DNA from: Sminthopsis crassicaudata
Taxonomy: Eukaryota
DNA length: 64,000 nt
Reading direction: 5' to 3'
Assembly (NCBI RefSeq): GCF_048593235.1
Contig: NC_133623.1
Coordinates: 4,278,001-4,342,000 of the forward strand
Part shown: positions 1 through 63,009 of the stretch, piece by piece
How positions within the stretch are numbered: position 1 is the stretch's first letter
Layout of the letters: each line of letters starts with the position of its first letter
The notes under the pieces: generated by a model
What the model saw: the letters and a program-made list of their open reading frames with translations, nothing else
Told to the model about the DNA's origin: nothing
Databases searched by the model: none
Made by a program: the position numbers and the translations under genes

Positions 1-379
1 AAGTGACTTGCCCAGGGTCACACAGCTAGGAAGTATTAAGTGTCTGAGGGCAAGGTTCCTGACTTCAGGGCTGGTGCTCTAGCCACCTATCTGCCCCAGG
101 TATTTAATTTTAAATGCTCAGCTGGATTTGATTCTCAGTTCTACCTCTTGAGATCATTTTGGAAAAGCAATAATAAGTGCAAAGCAGGTGCCATTCCCTT
201 TCCTTATTACCCGTGTGACCTCCGTAACTACTCCGTGCCTCAGTTTCCTTCTCTTTCCCATGAGGGTGTTAGCCTAGTTACCTTCCGGGGTCTTTTCCAT
301 CTGGAAGCGGGACCCAGAGAAGGGATGCTGAGCAGGGCAAGGCTGGGGGGGTGCTCCCTCTTCTTCCTCCAAACTTGCT

Positions 380-1310
380 ATGGGAAAAAAAAAGAAAACA
401 AAACAAAACAATGGAGGCTCCTTACTTCGCTCTGGGGCCAACCGGGACTCCGGCCTGTGGTCCCTCCGGGTTCCGCTCCCTCCCATGGTCCTTCCTACCC
501 GAGCAGTTGAAACTGCCCTATCCCTGCCCAAAGGGAGCTTCCTTCCAGAGAGGGGCACCCCGGGGCCTAGGGAGACCCAGGGGAGGGGGTCCTCCAAGTC
601 CTTTCGATAACTGCAGCTTAAGGGGGTAGCTGGCGGCGGGGCCTTCTCTTCACCGGGAGCGTTCCCAGGCCGCAGCACGCAGGCTGCAAGGTGCTCAGCC
701 CAGCCCACCTTCCCGCAGGAGAGGCCGACCTGGCACGGGGGGGGGGGGGCTCCCCGGCACTGCCCCCGCCCCCTGTGTCCCCTCGGTTGAGCCCCGCTTT
801 CCCGCCCGGGCACCGGCTCACCTGTGGGCGCCCCTATCTGCCTCGGCCGGCCGAGGAAAGTGTGCTCCGCCCCCTCTCCCCCGAGGACTCAGCCCAGGGG
901 CGCTCCCCCTCACCCAGCCTCGCGAACTTGGTAGGAGTTTGGGGCACTGCCAGCCAGGTCTCCCCTCCCCGAAGTCCCCTGTGCTCCTGCTTACCTGCCC
1001 CACGCCCGCCGCCTCCGGCCAGTTCCTCCGCTTAGGAGCTGCCGCTCAGGCTCAGGTGCGAGCTCGTGCTGTCACTCACGCCCAGCCTCGGTTCTGCCCA
1101 TCTAACCTCCGTCTGACCCTTGGGGGCTGCCTTCCCCCGCCCCTCCCTCAGACAACCTGTGGAGAGCCCCTCGAGGCATGCCGGGACTTGTAGTTTCTCA
1201 GAAGCTCCTGGCTGGACCGACACCAGCCCCTCCCCACGCCCGCCCATCGGCCGAGCCCCGGCTTCCCTCACACAGTAGTCGGTGCGCTCCCCTGGGCCAA
1301 CCTCCATCTA
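380..1310. promoter_or_regulatory. CpG island, probable promoter of the next downstream gene
   Basis: GC- and CpG-rich island with several strong minus-strand splice donors (cag|gtaag at 995, cag|gtgag at 822, gc|gtgagt at 1080, gaa|gtaagg at 426). Confidence 0.7.
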
Positions 1311-2460
1311 CAATCTTTCTCATTCCCACGGCTCAGAAGGGTGCAGGAGGCCTGAGGCGGGGACCAGGCACCCCAGGGGAGGGTGGGAGGCAGGTGTGAG
1401 TGCTGAGGACCCAGCAAGGGGAGGCCTGGTCACCAAATCCCTTGGCCCTGTCCAGGGGCTCCTCGGAAGAGTGACCCCTTCTCTGCTTGCTGCTGCCCTC
1501 AAGAACCAGGGGACTTACTTTGCCGTCTGATTGGAAGCTGAGCCCTTCTCCCTGGTCCTTGTGAGACTGAACTTCCCGAGACCAGCTTTCTTACTATTTG
1601 TACACAGTGAGCACCTAATAAAAGTTTCATTCAAAATTTGCTAGCGGGCGTCACAGTGGTTAGAGCTCTGGGCTTGGAATCAGGAAGTCCTGAGTTCAAA
1701 TCCAACTTGTACAATTAGCTGTTTAAGCCAGGCCAAGGCATTTAGCCTTAACTTCATCTGCAAAAATGGGAGCAATCAAAGGACAGAATGATGCTGTAGC
1801 ACATGGCAAATACTATTGAAATGCTCATTTTATCACTATTATTCCCAAGGAGCGACTGAGCTCATTTTACAGATGAAGGACCTGGACTCCCTGCTCCCTA
1901 GACTATCCGTGCTCTGCTTAGTCCTAGGAAAAAGGACGGCTGGTGTTTACCCACCAAGGGGCACTTTTCTTCCTGAGGACAGGACAAACGTCCTAATCTG
2001 GTCTGAAAGGGGGCCCAGCCAGTCCCTAAACAGAAATCTCGCTCACACGGTCCCTGAGTTGTCTCCTATTTGAGGGTCTCTGTCAAAGGGAAGTCCGGCC
2101 CCTTCCCATCAGGGACGTCTCTCATTAGAGAGCCCTCCCTGACATTAGGCCGAAATTTCACTCTTTGCCTGTTCTGCCCAGTATCACTCCCGATTCTGCC
2201 TCCAGGACCAAGCAAGGCAGGCCCGCTGCCTCTTCCACTCAAAGAGGGCTTGTGTGTCCCCTTGAGCCTTCCCTTCTTTGGGTCCCCAGTCCCTCTATAT
2301 GGGTTGATATTATAGTCGTTGCTGACTTTTGAACCCTTTCAGTCTGAAAATGTGATGGCTGGAACCAAATACAACCCAGTGGCCCCCAACGGCTGAAAAC
2401 GCTGGCGAAGTCTGAGATGTCGGTGGCAAGGACACAGACAAGCACTGGGCTTATTTTACT

Positions 2461-2466
2461 TTTATT
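2461..2466 (-). terminator. Probable PHKA1 polyadenylation signal (AATAAA), giving a ~1.1-kb 3' UTR
   Basis: AATAAA on the minus strand followed ~15-30 nt downstream by a GU-rich element (gtgcttgtctgtgtcc). Confidence 0.7.
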
Positions 2467-3555
2467 CTGTCAACTTCCACAACATCGCAGCTTTCTTTTT
2501 AAACAAACCAAAAGGCTACACACACCGTCAGTGTCAAGTGCTTCCAGTTGACTGTTGACGTTAAGTCAGACAGCGAAACGCCTTTCTGTGTGAGGGGGCG
2601 CCGGCAAGGATGTGGCCAGGAAATCCAGAAGTCCCAGTGCTGGACGCACTAGGCCGCGTTGAGCTGGCCAAACAGCAGTCTGGGCCGTGGGCTCCGTGGG
2701 GCAGGCCCAGGGGCCGCCTCCAGGGCAGACTCATCTCTCTAGCTGCCTCTTGCCATCTGACAGTGAGAGGGCAGAGGGAGGTCTTCACCCTGGGGTTCCT
2801 GCCACCCACTGTTTGTTCTTCTGTACACTGAACTTGAAGCTTCTCTCAGTACCAAGAACACTGGCTCAGAGTTGTTCTCCGAGCCTAGAATGATTGCCGG
2901 GAGAGGGGAAGGGAGAGGGAAGAAGAGCCAGGAGGGAAGGGAAATCAGAAGGAAGAGATGGAAAAACCTTTAGATGTGGTGACCTAGGTATAGGGGCAGG
3001 GCCAGAGAACTGAACTTAGGGCAAGGGCTCAGGAACCGCCCCCTCCCTGAGAAATCCTGCTGGGCTAGAACTCTCCCATCAGGCCCATATAGGTACAGTG
3101 AGGGTCCTATCCATGTGCACACTCAGCTGGAGCCAGATGTGCCCCACGCCCTCTAAGTGCCTATGGGGAAAGTGGGGGGGGGGCTGGTGGCTGGAGGTCC
3201 GGAAGACAGTGAGATGGAGCAGGACAGCCCAGAACCTCCTTCGGGATGAAGGACAGAGCCTACCCATTGACCCTCCCAGCCTGGGACCCTATAATACAGT
3301 AACCTAAGAGGAGAGGAATAAGTTAGGATGAAAACAGGGAAAGTGAGTCAGGAGTAGACTTAACATCAAGCCAGCACACTGGGAGCCCTCCCTGGTGAAA
3401 GGGTGCTGAGGACCGCTCTAAGTGAGCTTCTAGACTTTGCTTCTGCCCAAGCAGCTCGTGTGGTAGGGGCTTCCCCTCTAAGCTAAGGAGGAAAGGGCAG
3501 GGAGGACGCGCTCAGCCTCCTGCAGCAGCCCCTGGCCGGGTAGAGGCCAGCAGCC

Positions 3556-53960
<50,405 letters not shown>

Positions 53961-55306
53961 TCATTCAGGCCCCCAGTGAAGCCCTTGACGACGATTCTGC
54001 CCTTGCTGGTTTTGGAAGGCACTTCAGCTACCATCTAGCCACCCTCCCTCCCCCCCAGTCCCCATCACAAAGCCCCTACCCCCCCCTTCCCAGCTCCTGC
54101 TTTCAGCTACTTGGCCCTTCTGCTCATGCTGCCAGCTGTAGCAGATGGATCGGACCCACACAGAACAAGTGCACCCTTCCCCAATATGAACTTCTCCTTT
54201 TTACCAAAGTGGTGATCATAAAATCAAGGGAGCCCAGAGGCATAGAGGAAAGGAAGGGAAGAAGTCATCTAGTGAAAAAGCCACGTTCTTCAGATGGGGA
54301 AACTGAGGACATGCAACGGTTCCATGACGGGATCAAAATCCCAGAAGGAGTAAATGGCAGAGCTGAAATTCCCACTCAGAAAGGTCACTGGGAATATACC
54401 AGAGTTCTAGGCTTCAGGGAGAACTTAAATGAAAGGGGTCCCTGATTAGCAAAACCTCAAAGTTATGCAAACTAATACTGAAAACTAAAACAAAGCAAAT
54501 GGCTTAAGGTGAACAAATTCGGAGCAAAAATTTAGACAAAGCCCCATTGAACTCTGGGTTCAGACCTGTTTCCAGCATGTGGAAATTCACCAGGTAGGCC
54601 AGTAAATGTTTAACAGGCTGCTCTGGGGAAACAAGGACATATATGTAAGATTCTTTGAAGTTTCATATGTATCATTAATATCTTTTCAAGGTACACTCAA
54701 GTCTAGACAACAGATCGAGGCCAGACTTGCAGCCTTTGTTGATTTCCTAGATGAAAATGTTCCCTCTGAACCTTTCTCAGTCGCCTCTCCAGGTAAGAGC
54801 TGGCTGAAGTTCCTGCAACATGTCAGCACACAGTCATCCACTTTAGAAGGGGTTCACAGGCAAATCTTTCACAAAGACAAGCCATTCCTGTGCGATAGAG
54901 AGTATTTTTAACTAAGAGAGAGAGGAGGCAGGAAGATCCAAATTCAAATCTTACTTCTGATAATTACCAGTTGTATGGTCCTGGATAAGTCACTCTCTGA
55001 ACCTTGTTTTCCTTCTCTGGAAAATGGGGATTATAATAGCACTTACCCCAGATAAGAATCTGTATAAAGTAATTTGCAAACTTTAAAGTATTATATCAAT
55101 GTTAGCTAAGGACAAAAAAATTAACACCTTTTAAAGGAGCTAGAGAAGGAGATGGCAAACCACTCCAGTATCTCTATCAAAAACAAACAAACAAAACCAA
55201 ACAAGAGTCAGACATGACTGAAAAAGGACAACGACAGCCACTGGCCACCCTTCACCAAGGCCTTAGTTTCCTCATCTGTAAGGTAAAGGGAATACCCTAG
55301 CTAGAT

Positions 55307-55490
55307 CACTGGTATCAAAATCAAATAGAAATAGGATCCCTGCAGGCTGCACTTGGCTCTAGAAAGTCACACATTTATATTTTTCTGTTTCTGCCAACAC
55401 ATTAGAATCAGGAGCTACATTTTAATCTGGTTCCAACCAAACTCAAGAGTGCTTCAGGCTGTGGGCAGCCCATGCATGTTTGACACCTCT
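55307..55490. mobile_element. Non-autonomous hAT/MITE remnant
   Basis: Imperfect terminal inverted repeats ctggtatcaaa ... tttgacacctct. Confidence 0.45.
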
Positions 55491-56049
55491 AAGGCTCCTT
55501 CTGGCTCTACAGTTATAGGCCTGTAATCCTCAGCATCTTTTCTTCTTCACAAAGTTGCCAAAGTGATATTCTAAAAAGTACGAGTCAGTTTCTTGCTCAA
55601 TAACCTCCAGTGGCTCCCTATTATCTCTGAGATCAAATATACAATCCTATGCTGAGCATTTAAAGGATTTGACAACCTGGCCACCTTTAGAGCTTTATTA
55701 GACTTCGTTCCCCTTCATGGATTCTGTGGTCCAACCTCCTGACCCTTTTGGCTGTTTCTTACACACGACATTCCATATTCCAACCCCCCATGTCTTTTCA
55801 CAGACTGTCCATGTCTGGAATGTGCTCCCTCCTTACCTCCACCTTTAGAAACTGGAATCTCTGGTTTCCTTCAAAGCACAGCTCCAGCATGTTAATAGAA
55901 AATAAGGACACCAAGTTACAGACAATGGATTTATCAAGACATGCAGCTGCAGAAATGAATCAGGTCCAAGGCTTTTGGACAGCACAAGGATGCAGAGGCT
56001 CATGACTTTTTGGCTTTTTTGTGATTTTTTTTTTACATAGCCCAAGAGA

Positions 56050-56213
56050 GGGGCAACGAGGTGGCACAGTGGATAGAGCACCAGCCTTGAATTCAGGAGG
56101 ACCCGAGTTCAAATCTGGTCTCAGACACTTAGGACTTCCTAGCTGTGTGACCCTGGGCAAGTCACTTAACCCCAACTGCCTCAGCAAAAAAAACAAAACA
56201 AAACAAAAAAAAA
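56050..56213 (+). mobile_element. tRNA-derived marsupial SINE (WSINE1-like)
   Basis: A/B-box-like head (ggtggcacagtggatagagc...gagttcaaatc), A-rich tail, perfect 14-bp TSD acatagcccaagag at 56035-56048 and 56214-56227. Confidence 0.85.
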
Positions 56214-56379
56214 ACATAGCCCAAGAGGACAGCACATCTGCCTCAGCCAAGCTGTGATTAGATCACGGCGTATGCTGCTGATATCTTGTGAGTTTATGGA
56301 AAACCTTTGAAGGACATAAAACTCAGTGACAAAAAGGTCAGAGAAAGTAGAGGCACAAAATGGAGTCCCTCACTAATTA

Positions 56380-57290
56380 ATTGTTCATGAAGTTGTGAAG
56401 AGTTCTGGAGAGCAATTTGGAACTATGCTCAAAGGGCTGTCAAACTATACACACCCTTTGATCCAGAAGTGCCGTTACTGAGTCTGTATCCCAAATAGAT
56501 CATAAAAGAGGGACTCACAAGTAATAAAATGTTTGTGGCAGCAATTTGGATGCCCATCAGTTGGGGAATGACTGGATAAGTTATGGTATATGAATCTGAT
56601 GGAATATTATCATTCTATAAGAAATGATGATCAGATTGATTTCAGAAAAGCCCAGAAAGACTAACATGCATTGATGCTAAGTGAAATGAGGAGACCCAGA
56701 TCACTGTACATGGCAGCAACAAGATTATGTGATGATCAACCGTGATGGACTTGGCTTTTTTCAACAATAAGGTGATTCACGGCAATTCCAATAGACTTGA
56801 GATGGGAAGTGCCATCCCCATCCTGAGAGAATTATAGAAACTGAATATAGAGCAAAGCACAGTATTTTCATTTTTTTGTTGGTTGTTTTTCTTTCTTGTT
56901 TTTTTCCCCTTTTCATTTGTTTTTTCTTGAACAGTATGATGAATATGGAGAGATATTTAATGAAATTGCATGTGTTTGGGGCAGCTAGGTGGCACAGTAG
57001 ATAGAGCACCAGACCTGAAGTCAGGAGGATCTGAGTTTAAATCTGGCCTCAGACACTTAACCCTTCCTAGCTGTGACCTTGGGCAAGTCATTTAATCCCA
57101 GTTGCCTCAGCCAAAAAAACATTGCACATGTTTAACCTTTATTGGATTGCTTGCTGTTTTGGAGAAGGAGAAGGAGGGAGGGAGAAAAATTTGGAACAGA
57201 ATGTTTTGCAGACGTGAATGTTGAAAACTATCTGCATGTATTTGGGAAATTAAAATACTATCAGAAAAAGAAAAATAAAAAAAAAGGAGT
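56380..57290 (+). mobile_element. L1 3' end interrupted by a SINE
   Basis: ORF2-end and 3'-UTR motifs with an A-rich tail at ~57260-57285. Confidence 0.75.
56978..57119 (+). mobile_element. tRNA-derived marsupial SINE (WSINE1-like) inside an L1 3' UTR
   Basis: ggggcagctaggtggcacagtag...cctcagccaaaaaaa with an imperfect attgca..tgttt TSD. Confidence 0.8.
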
Positions 57291-57399
57291 CACTTTGGCC
57301 TAACAAACCTCACCTTCTAGTGGCACTTTTCCTTATCTCCATAGCTGCCAGTTTCTTACCTTCCCCAATTGCCTTTTGCTTTTTTTCTTATTTCTCTTA

Positions 57400-58015
57400 A
57401 TAAAATAAAAGAGTCTTTTTTCCCTTATCAGTAGTATTTTAATTGGTTTCCAATTACATGTAAAGATAGTTTTTTTCAACATTCATTTTGGTAAGATTTT
57501 GTGTTACAAATTTTTCTTCCTTCCCCTCTTCCTCAAGACAGTAAGTAATCTGATAGTTATACAGATGTATAATCATGTTAAACATTTCCGTATTAATCAT
57601 GTTGTGAAAAAAGAATCAGAACAAAAGGAAAAAACCACAAGAAAGAAAGAACAGAAATGGTGAAAATAGTAAGCTTTGATCTGCATTCAGTCTCCATAGT
57701 TCTTTCTCTGGATGCAGATGGCATTTTCTATTCCAAATTTATTGGAATTGCCTTGAATCACCTCATTATTGGAAAGAGCCAAGTCCACCACAGCTGATCA
57801 TCACATAATCTTGTTATTACTGTATACACTGTTCTCTTGGTTCTGCTCATTTCACTCAGCATCAATGCATGTAAGTCTTTCTGGGCATTCCTGAAATCAT
57901 CCTGCTGATCATTTCTTATAGAATAATAATATTCTATTACATTCATCTTCCATAACTTATTCAGCCATTTCTCAACTTTGGGGCATCCACTTAATTTCTA
58001 ATTCCTTGCCACAGA
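57400..58015 (-). mobile_element. L1 3' end, tail-to-tail with the preceding L1
   Basis: Minus-strand remnant MNVIEYYYSIRNDQQDDFRNAQKDLHALMLSEMSRTKRT matches the L1 ORF2 C-terminus. Confidence 0.8.
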
Positions 58016-58374
58016 ATAAAAGGTTCTTGAGGGCCAGAACTTGTTCATTTTTGTCTTTGTGTCACCAGGACAGTGCCTGGCATACAGCAGGCATCTAATA
58101 AATGTCTATTACTTGATGGACTTGCCCAGGATCAGGTAGCTAATAAGTGTCAGAGATCACAGTTGAACCCAAGTTTTGCTGACTCTCATCACTGAGCTGA
58201 GCTGCTATCATTCAAATAAAAAAAATTAAAACCAAAAGAGATACAGAAAAAATCTTCTTCAACAAAATTCATCCATCCATGATTCCTTCCCCTTCCAACT
58301 CTCTCTCTCTAAAAGGAATATAGATTTTTTTAAAAAACATCTCCCAGAAACCCCCAATCACTGCCATCATACAC

Positions 58375-58580
58375 AACAGAGAAACATTTGAAGTGTTCCT
58401 ACTCAAAACAGAAATACAACTGTGCTCAGTCTCATTCATCACTCTTCCATGAAACATTGGAAATGCTAAGAATTACACTAAGAAAATCAAAGGGATTTAG
58501 AAGGATTCACATAGGAAATTCACTATATGCTGATGATACAATTATTTATTTAGAAAAGCCATTAGCCTCTGTGAAAAAAA
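58375..58580 (+). mobile_element. Ancient L1 reverse-transcriptase fragment
   Basis: Translates to ...IHIGNSLYADDTIIYLEKP (RT YADD motif). Confidence 0.6.
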
Positions 58581-59093
58581 ATCTTGGAAGGCAATAAATG
58601 ATGCAGCCAGTTATAGAGTCCCCCTGTAGAGCCTCCAATAACAGTAACAGCTGGTGTTGCTTCTAGCCCCTCAGAAAGGCCTTCCAGCAGACACTGAGAC
58701 TCTTGTTCGGGTCGGGGTTGAACTGGGGAGATGATGTGGCCCCTTTCAGCGTGGAGGTTTTGGGTTTCTGTGAAAGCCCTTGGAATACATGATCTCATTA
58801 GAACTTCTCAACTGGCCTGTGAGCTTGGTTATCTTATTCTTCCTTTTAGATGAGGAAACTGAGGCATGAAAGAAGTAGCCACTTATAGGTTCCCCTGTAT
58901 TCTAATGCCTCTCTCTTGGGAGATAGTCCTCAAAAGTTTCTGTCTCCCCCTCTCCCTCCCCCCCCAGGAAACCTGGGTTACATTACAGGGTGTCAGGAGC
59001 TGGTGATGGAGAGCTTCAATGACCAGGACTCTACTGGACACAGCAAAATGACCTTGAATGATGCTTCAGAGCTAAAGAACACAATGATAAAAC

Positions 59094-59609
59094 CAAATGG
59101 AACTGTCTGAACTACAGAACTGTGACTCTCTGAAAGACGCATTCAAGTCAAGCAGCCTTCATAATTTCTATGCATCTCTCCCCTCTGAGACATATCCTCC
59201 TCTCAGGAACAATGCACTCAAAATGGCAGCCATCTCTGGCAGCACTTATGTCTGTGAACAGACTTTTTCTAGAATGAAACATCTGAAATCTCCAACCAGA
59301 TCAAGACTAACGGATGCACACTTGCGTCACTCGTTAGGACTAGCAGTGACAAATATGGAACCAGACATTGACCATCTCCTTAGCCAAAAGCAGGCCCATC
59401 GTTCCCATTGAAATACGGGAAAGTTTGTTGATTTAACTTTACTTCATTTTAAATGTATTTGTTCCTGTGTTGTTTCTTCACTTCAAAATAAGATATATGC
59501 AGCGTGCATAGGAATTTGTTCAAAGTTTTTGTTTTTACTATAATCCGGCCCTCCAACAGTCTGAGGGACAGTGAACTGGCCCCCTATTTAAAAAGTTTGA
59601 GGACCCCTG
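59094..59609 (+). mobile_element. hAT (Charlie-like, probably OC1/OposCharlie1) 3' fragment: transposase C-terminal dimerization domain plus right end and TIR
   Basis: 104-aa ORF with the GSTYVCEQTFSRMK...RSRLTDAHL...Q.HRSH* hAT signature; terminal agtttgaggacccctg (TIR CAGGGGTCCTCAAACT) at 59594-59609; no left TIR found. Confidence 0.85.
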
Positions 59610-59990
59610 ATCTATGTGGACATCCCTGGAAAGTATGCTGCCAAGGTAAGTGAGCTTAGTCACAGCATTTACTATTCGTCCATTTGCTGCAACTGATAGT
59701 TTCACAGATAGACGGCTGATGAAGAAATTATTTCTTGGTATTAATTGTCGGACCAAAATTAGCACAAGCAACAGAGAATTGATCCATACTTTGTTGTGTC
59801 TCTGCTTTGGAAGCTGTATCGAGTGCACAATCCCAAATAGAATTTAGCATTGAAGTGACCTGATGGTCCATGTCGTACGCTATCTGGTGCATATGTCATT
59901 GCTTTCTGTTTGCTCTTTTCGGCCTTCTAAGGCGACCTCCTGGGATGTCGGTGGATAGCCTTTACTCTGGTGTATACTCGTGTGTATTTG
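59610..59990 (-). mobile_element. RTE-clade LINE fragment (RT region), cut at the hAT TIR
   Basis: Minus-strand translation ...NGRIVNAVTKLTYLGSILSRDVHID matches the recalled RTE KFTYLGSTLSRAVHID motif. Confidence 0.75.
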
Positions 59991-60369
59991 GTGAGATATC
60001 GTATGAGTACAGGAATCATGCTTGTCTCAGCTGATTTTGCAGGGAACTGTAAAATTCCAGACCCCGGGGAGGGAAATAATGTTCCTCTGGCAAAGCTTGG
60101 GCTGACCCAAACACCCAGGGAGTCATGTTTATTTAAAGCTCTGGAAAAGTTTGCAAAACACTTTCTGTGTATTATCTCGTTTAATTCTTTTCCAACAACA
60201 CTGTATGGTGGGTGCTATATTTATCCCTGCTTTACAGATGGGGTCACTGAGGCCGAGAGAATTTACATGTCTTTCCTAGGGTCATAGAGCTAATGAGGAT
60301 CTGAGATAGGATTCAAATTCAGATCTTCTGGACTCCAAATCTAGCTACATTATCTACTGCACCATCTAT

Positions 60370-60708
60370 AGTAAAGCTTCTTAAAGTGTGAGTCACCACC
60401 CCCTATGGGGGCAGGTAACTAAATGTGGGATCCCAAGAAAATCTGGCAACAGTCACCGATTTTTGGACATGATAACTAGAAATCAATTCAAAATCAAACG
60501 TAATGAAGCTGAGCTGTTTCTGGTGGCTCTTGCCCATCTTGCTTTATTTGACTTCACTACAGCCTTAGTTCTGAACACACAACACGCTCACTTTTTACTG
60601 TGCACACGTGAAAGCTCCAGAAAGCCTCAGCTCAGATTTGGGATGGGGTGGTGTAAAAATTTCTCAGGTGAAAAAGGGTCACGAGTGGGAAAAGTTCAAG
60701 AAGCCCTG
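60370..60708. mobile_element. Non-autonomous hAT/MITE remnant
   Basis: Imperfect TIRs agcttcttaaagt ... agttcaagaagccctg. Confidence 0.45.
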
Positions 60709-63009
60709 AGCTTGAGAAGAAGCTAGTGTAAAATGCATCCCCCGGGGACAGGGTTTCTTCCTTCTTCCATCCAAGAGTTTTAAGGAGAAGAAGGTGGCAG
60801 GGGATCCAACACATGGACACCAGCAAGTGGGGAGGGAGGCAATGACTCCAATCTGCTGTTTCCTTCTTCCGAGGCAAGCTTCTGCTGGAGACAACAAGAA
60901 AAGGGTAGGATAGGGCCAGCTTGGGGCTGGATATTTTTAATCATGGCTGGGGGGCAGAGCTGGACAGTTCTTAACCCTCTCCCCACTCCCCTCCTCCAGT
61001 TGGGTGCGATGGGCATCCACTCCTAATTGCGCCCTTTTTAAAAATTCCATCAAAGACTATATCTGACACTGAATCCAGTTCTGGTAAACTCTTGGGGTTA
61101 GCCTTCTGTGGTTTCCTGGCATCTCTTTGAAGCACGAGGGCAGGATGGCTCTCCAGGGCTGGGACTGAGGCTGCTCTTTCTCCCTCTATCCCTCACCCCA
61201 TTGAAAGAGGTCTTGTTTCCTGCCTCAGGGAATCCTCATGAGTCTTTTCATCACTGTACTCCCAAGGGCAGAATAACCATGATCTTGGGCCATTTTACAA
61301 CCTGACAACCCTTCTCATAGGATGTTCCATCTCTGTTTCATCCTCTGCAAAGTGAAGGGAGTCCTTCTCCGATCCGGCCTCCTTTGAGGTGTTGCTTTGT
61401 TTGGTAACTCTTTTGATCAATATTGATTGTTTCAGCCTAGTCCTTGTCAAATGATCACAGGGATCAGAGCTGAGATTCATAAAGCTTTCCTCTTTCTAGG
61501 TCAGTGGTTCTCAAAAGCTATGGTCCCTACACCCCCAGACTTCCACAGTCCCCAAGTGGAGATGAGAAAGAGACCCAGGTGAAGGATCTAGAGACCCAGC
61601 TGCTTGAGAATGCTTCCTTGTTGCCCAATGCCATGTTTCACTGAACACATAGTTCTTTAGAGCAAAGATTATTAAGCCATCATTAACCCCCCCCCCCCCC
61701 CAAAAAAAAAAAATGGAGACTGTCACCTAGATCAACACTAAGTGAAGTATTTCCTAGGTATTCACCGTCCAGCCTCAGCTTGCGGTTCTGGGATTAGCCA
61801 GCTGTGGGCCTGCCACTCAAAGCCTGGCCTGGATCTATTCAGCAGATTTTTGAAAGCACGCGGGAAATTGCCTGAGGCTGGTTTGAGCTCGGTTGGCCAG
61901 CGGGTGGCAGTGGAGCCCCAGTAAAGCTGTCTCCCATCTACCCCACCCATTCAGGGTTTTTTCCCAAGCTTGCTAAGTCATTTTTAGGCACCTGGGGGCA
62001 GGGCTGAGCTTCTCTCTCAGAATAGGTTCAACCTACCACTCCCTTTAAGATCTCCATCTGCAAGCTCATTCAGGCCCTTGCTTAGGGTTTGAGGAGACTG
62101 GTAGAACTGGGTTCCCCCGAGCCTCTATTTTCCTCTTATCCCACCCCAATTCCCTTTGCCCCACTTCTGCCCCTTCCCTGTGTCATTTCAGGCCTATCTG
62201 GCTCCTTGGGAAGCTCCCAGAATGTAGCTGAATCAGAGAAGATTGACATTGTATCTAGGGGCCAGGCCTTAGTCAGGAGACCCCGTGCTTTGAGAGGTTC
62301 ATAGTACAGTACTGTATGTAGGGCCCCCAGGAATGAATAGCCAGGGAAGGCTCAGGGAGCCATGGAGCCACTTGGTGGGACGTCCCTGCGTTCATATCGT
62401 CTGTCAGTGTTGTACCTGGGAAAGGTCATCAAGGAGCCCCGGTGCCTGGATCTTACCTGGTTTAGGCAAGAAAGCAAGTCATTTAATCCCGGGAACTCCA
62501 GTCCTCAGCTTTCTGATGGCAAAGGTTGCTTTGGTTTTATCATTATAGAAGTAGAATGTCATAGACTCCCAGCTGAAAAGGGTTATTGAGTCTAACCTCA
62601 GGAGACTGAAGCCTACAAAGGAGAAGTGTCTGAAGAAGGGTTCATACTCAGGTCTCCTCAACTTGAAGTCCAGCACCCCATACGGTGCTGCTAGGACATA
62701 GGTTCTCAGCCAAGAGCCACCAGATCTCTAAGGAGATTTGTGAATAGGTTTCAGAAGGTTCTTCTCAACCTATCTTGAACCCCTTGGATGGGAACCAAAA
62801 TGACAGCCTCATTTTTTCTGACCTCTCAATGAAATTTAGCAGTTTCTTCTATTCTGAATATGGGCACCAAAGCGTGATTCTGAGAAGGGATCCATAGGCT
62901 TTACCAGATTGACTACCAAAAGGCCCCATGATGCCCAAAGGTACAGAAGAGAGCCGACTCAGCTGCAAGACCTAGTTCACATTGGCCAAGAGCAGCCAAC
63001 ATTCTGCAA

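Noticed and set aside
282-1310. Labelling the downstream island as HDAC8 coding exon 1
   Set aside because: Supported only by human synteny; no PVYIYSPEY-like peptide in any frame
56050-57119. tRNA genes
   Set aside because: The tRNA-like heads continue into SINE bodies with A-tails and TSDs
61686-61712. C-run followed by A-run, and other homopolymers
   Set aside because: Simple repeats with uncertain assembly length and no associated structure
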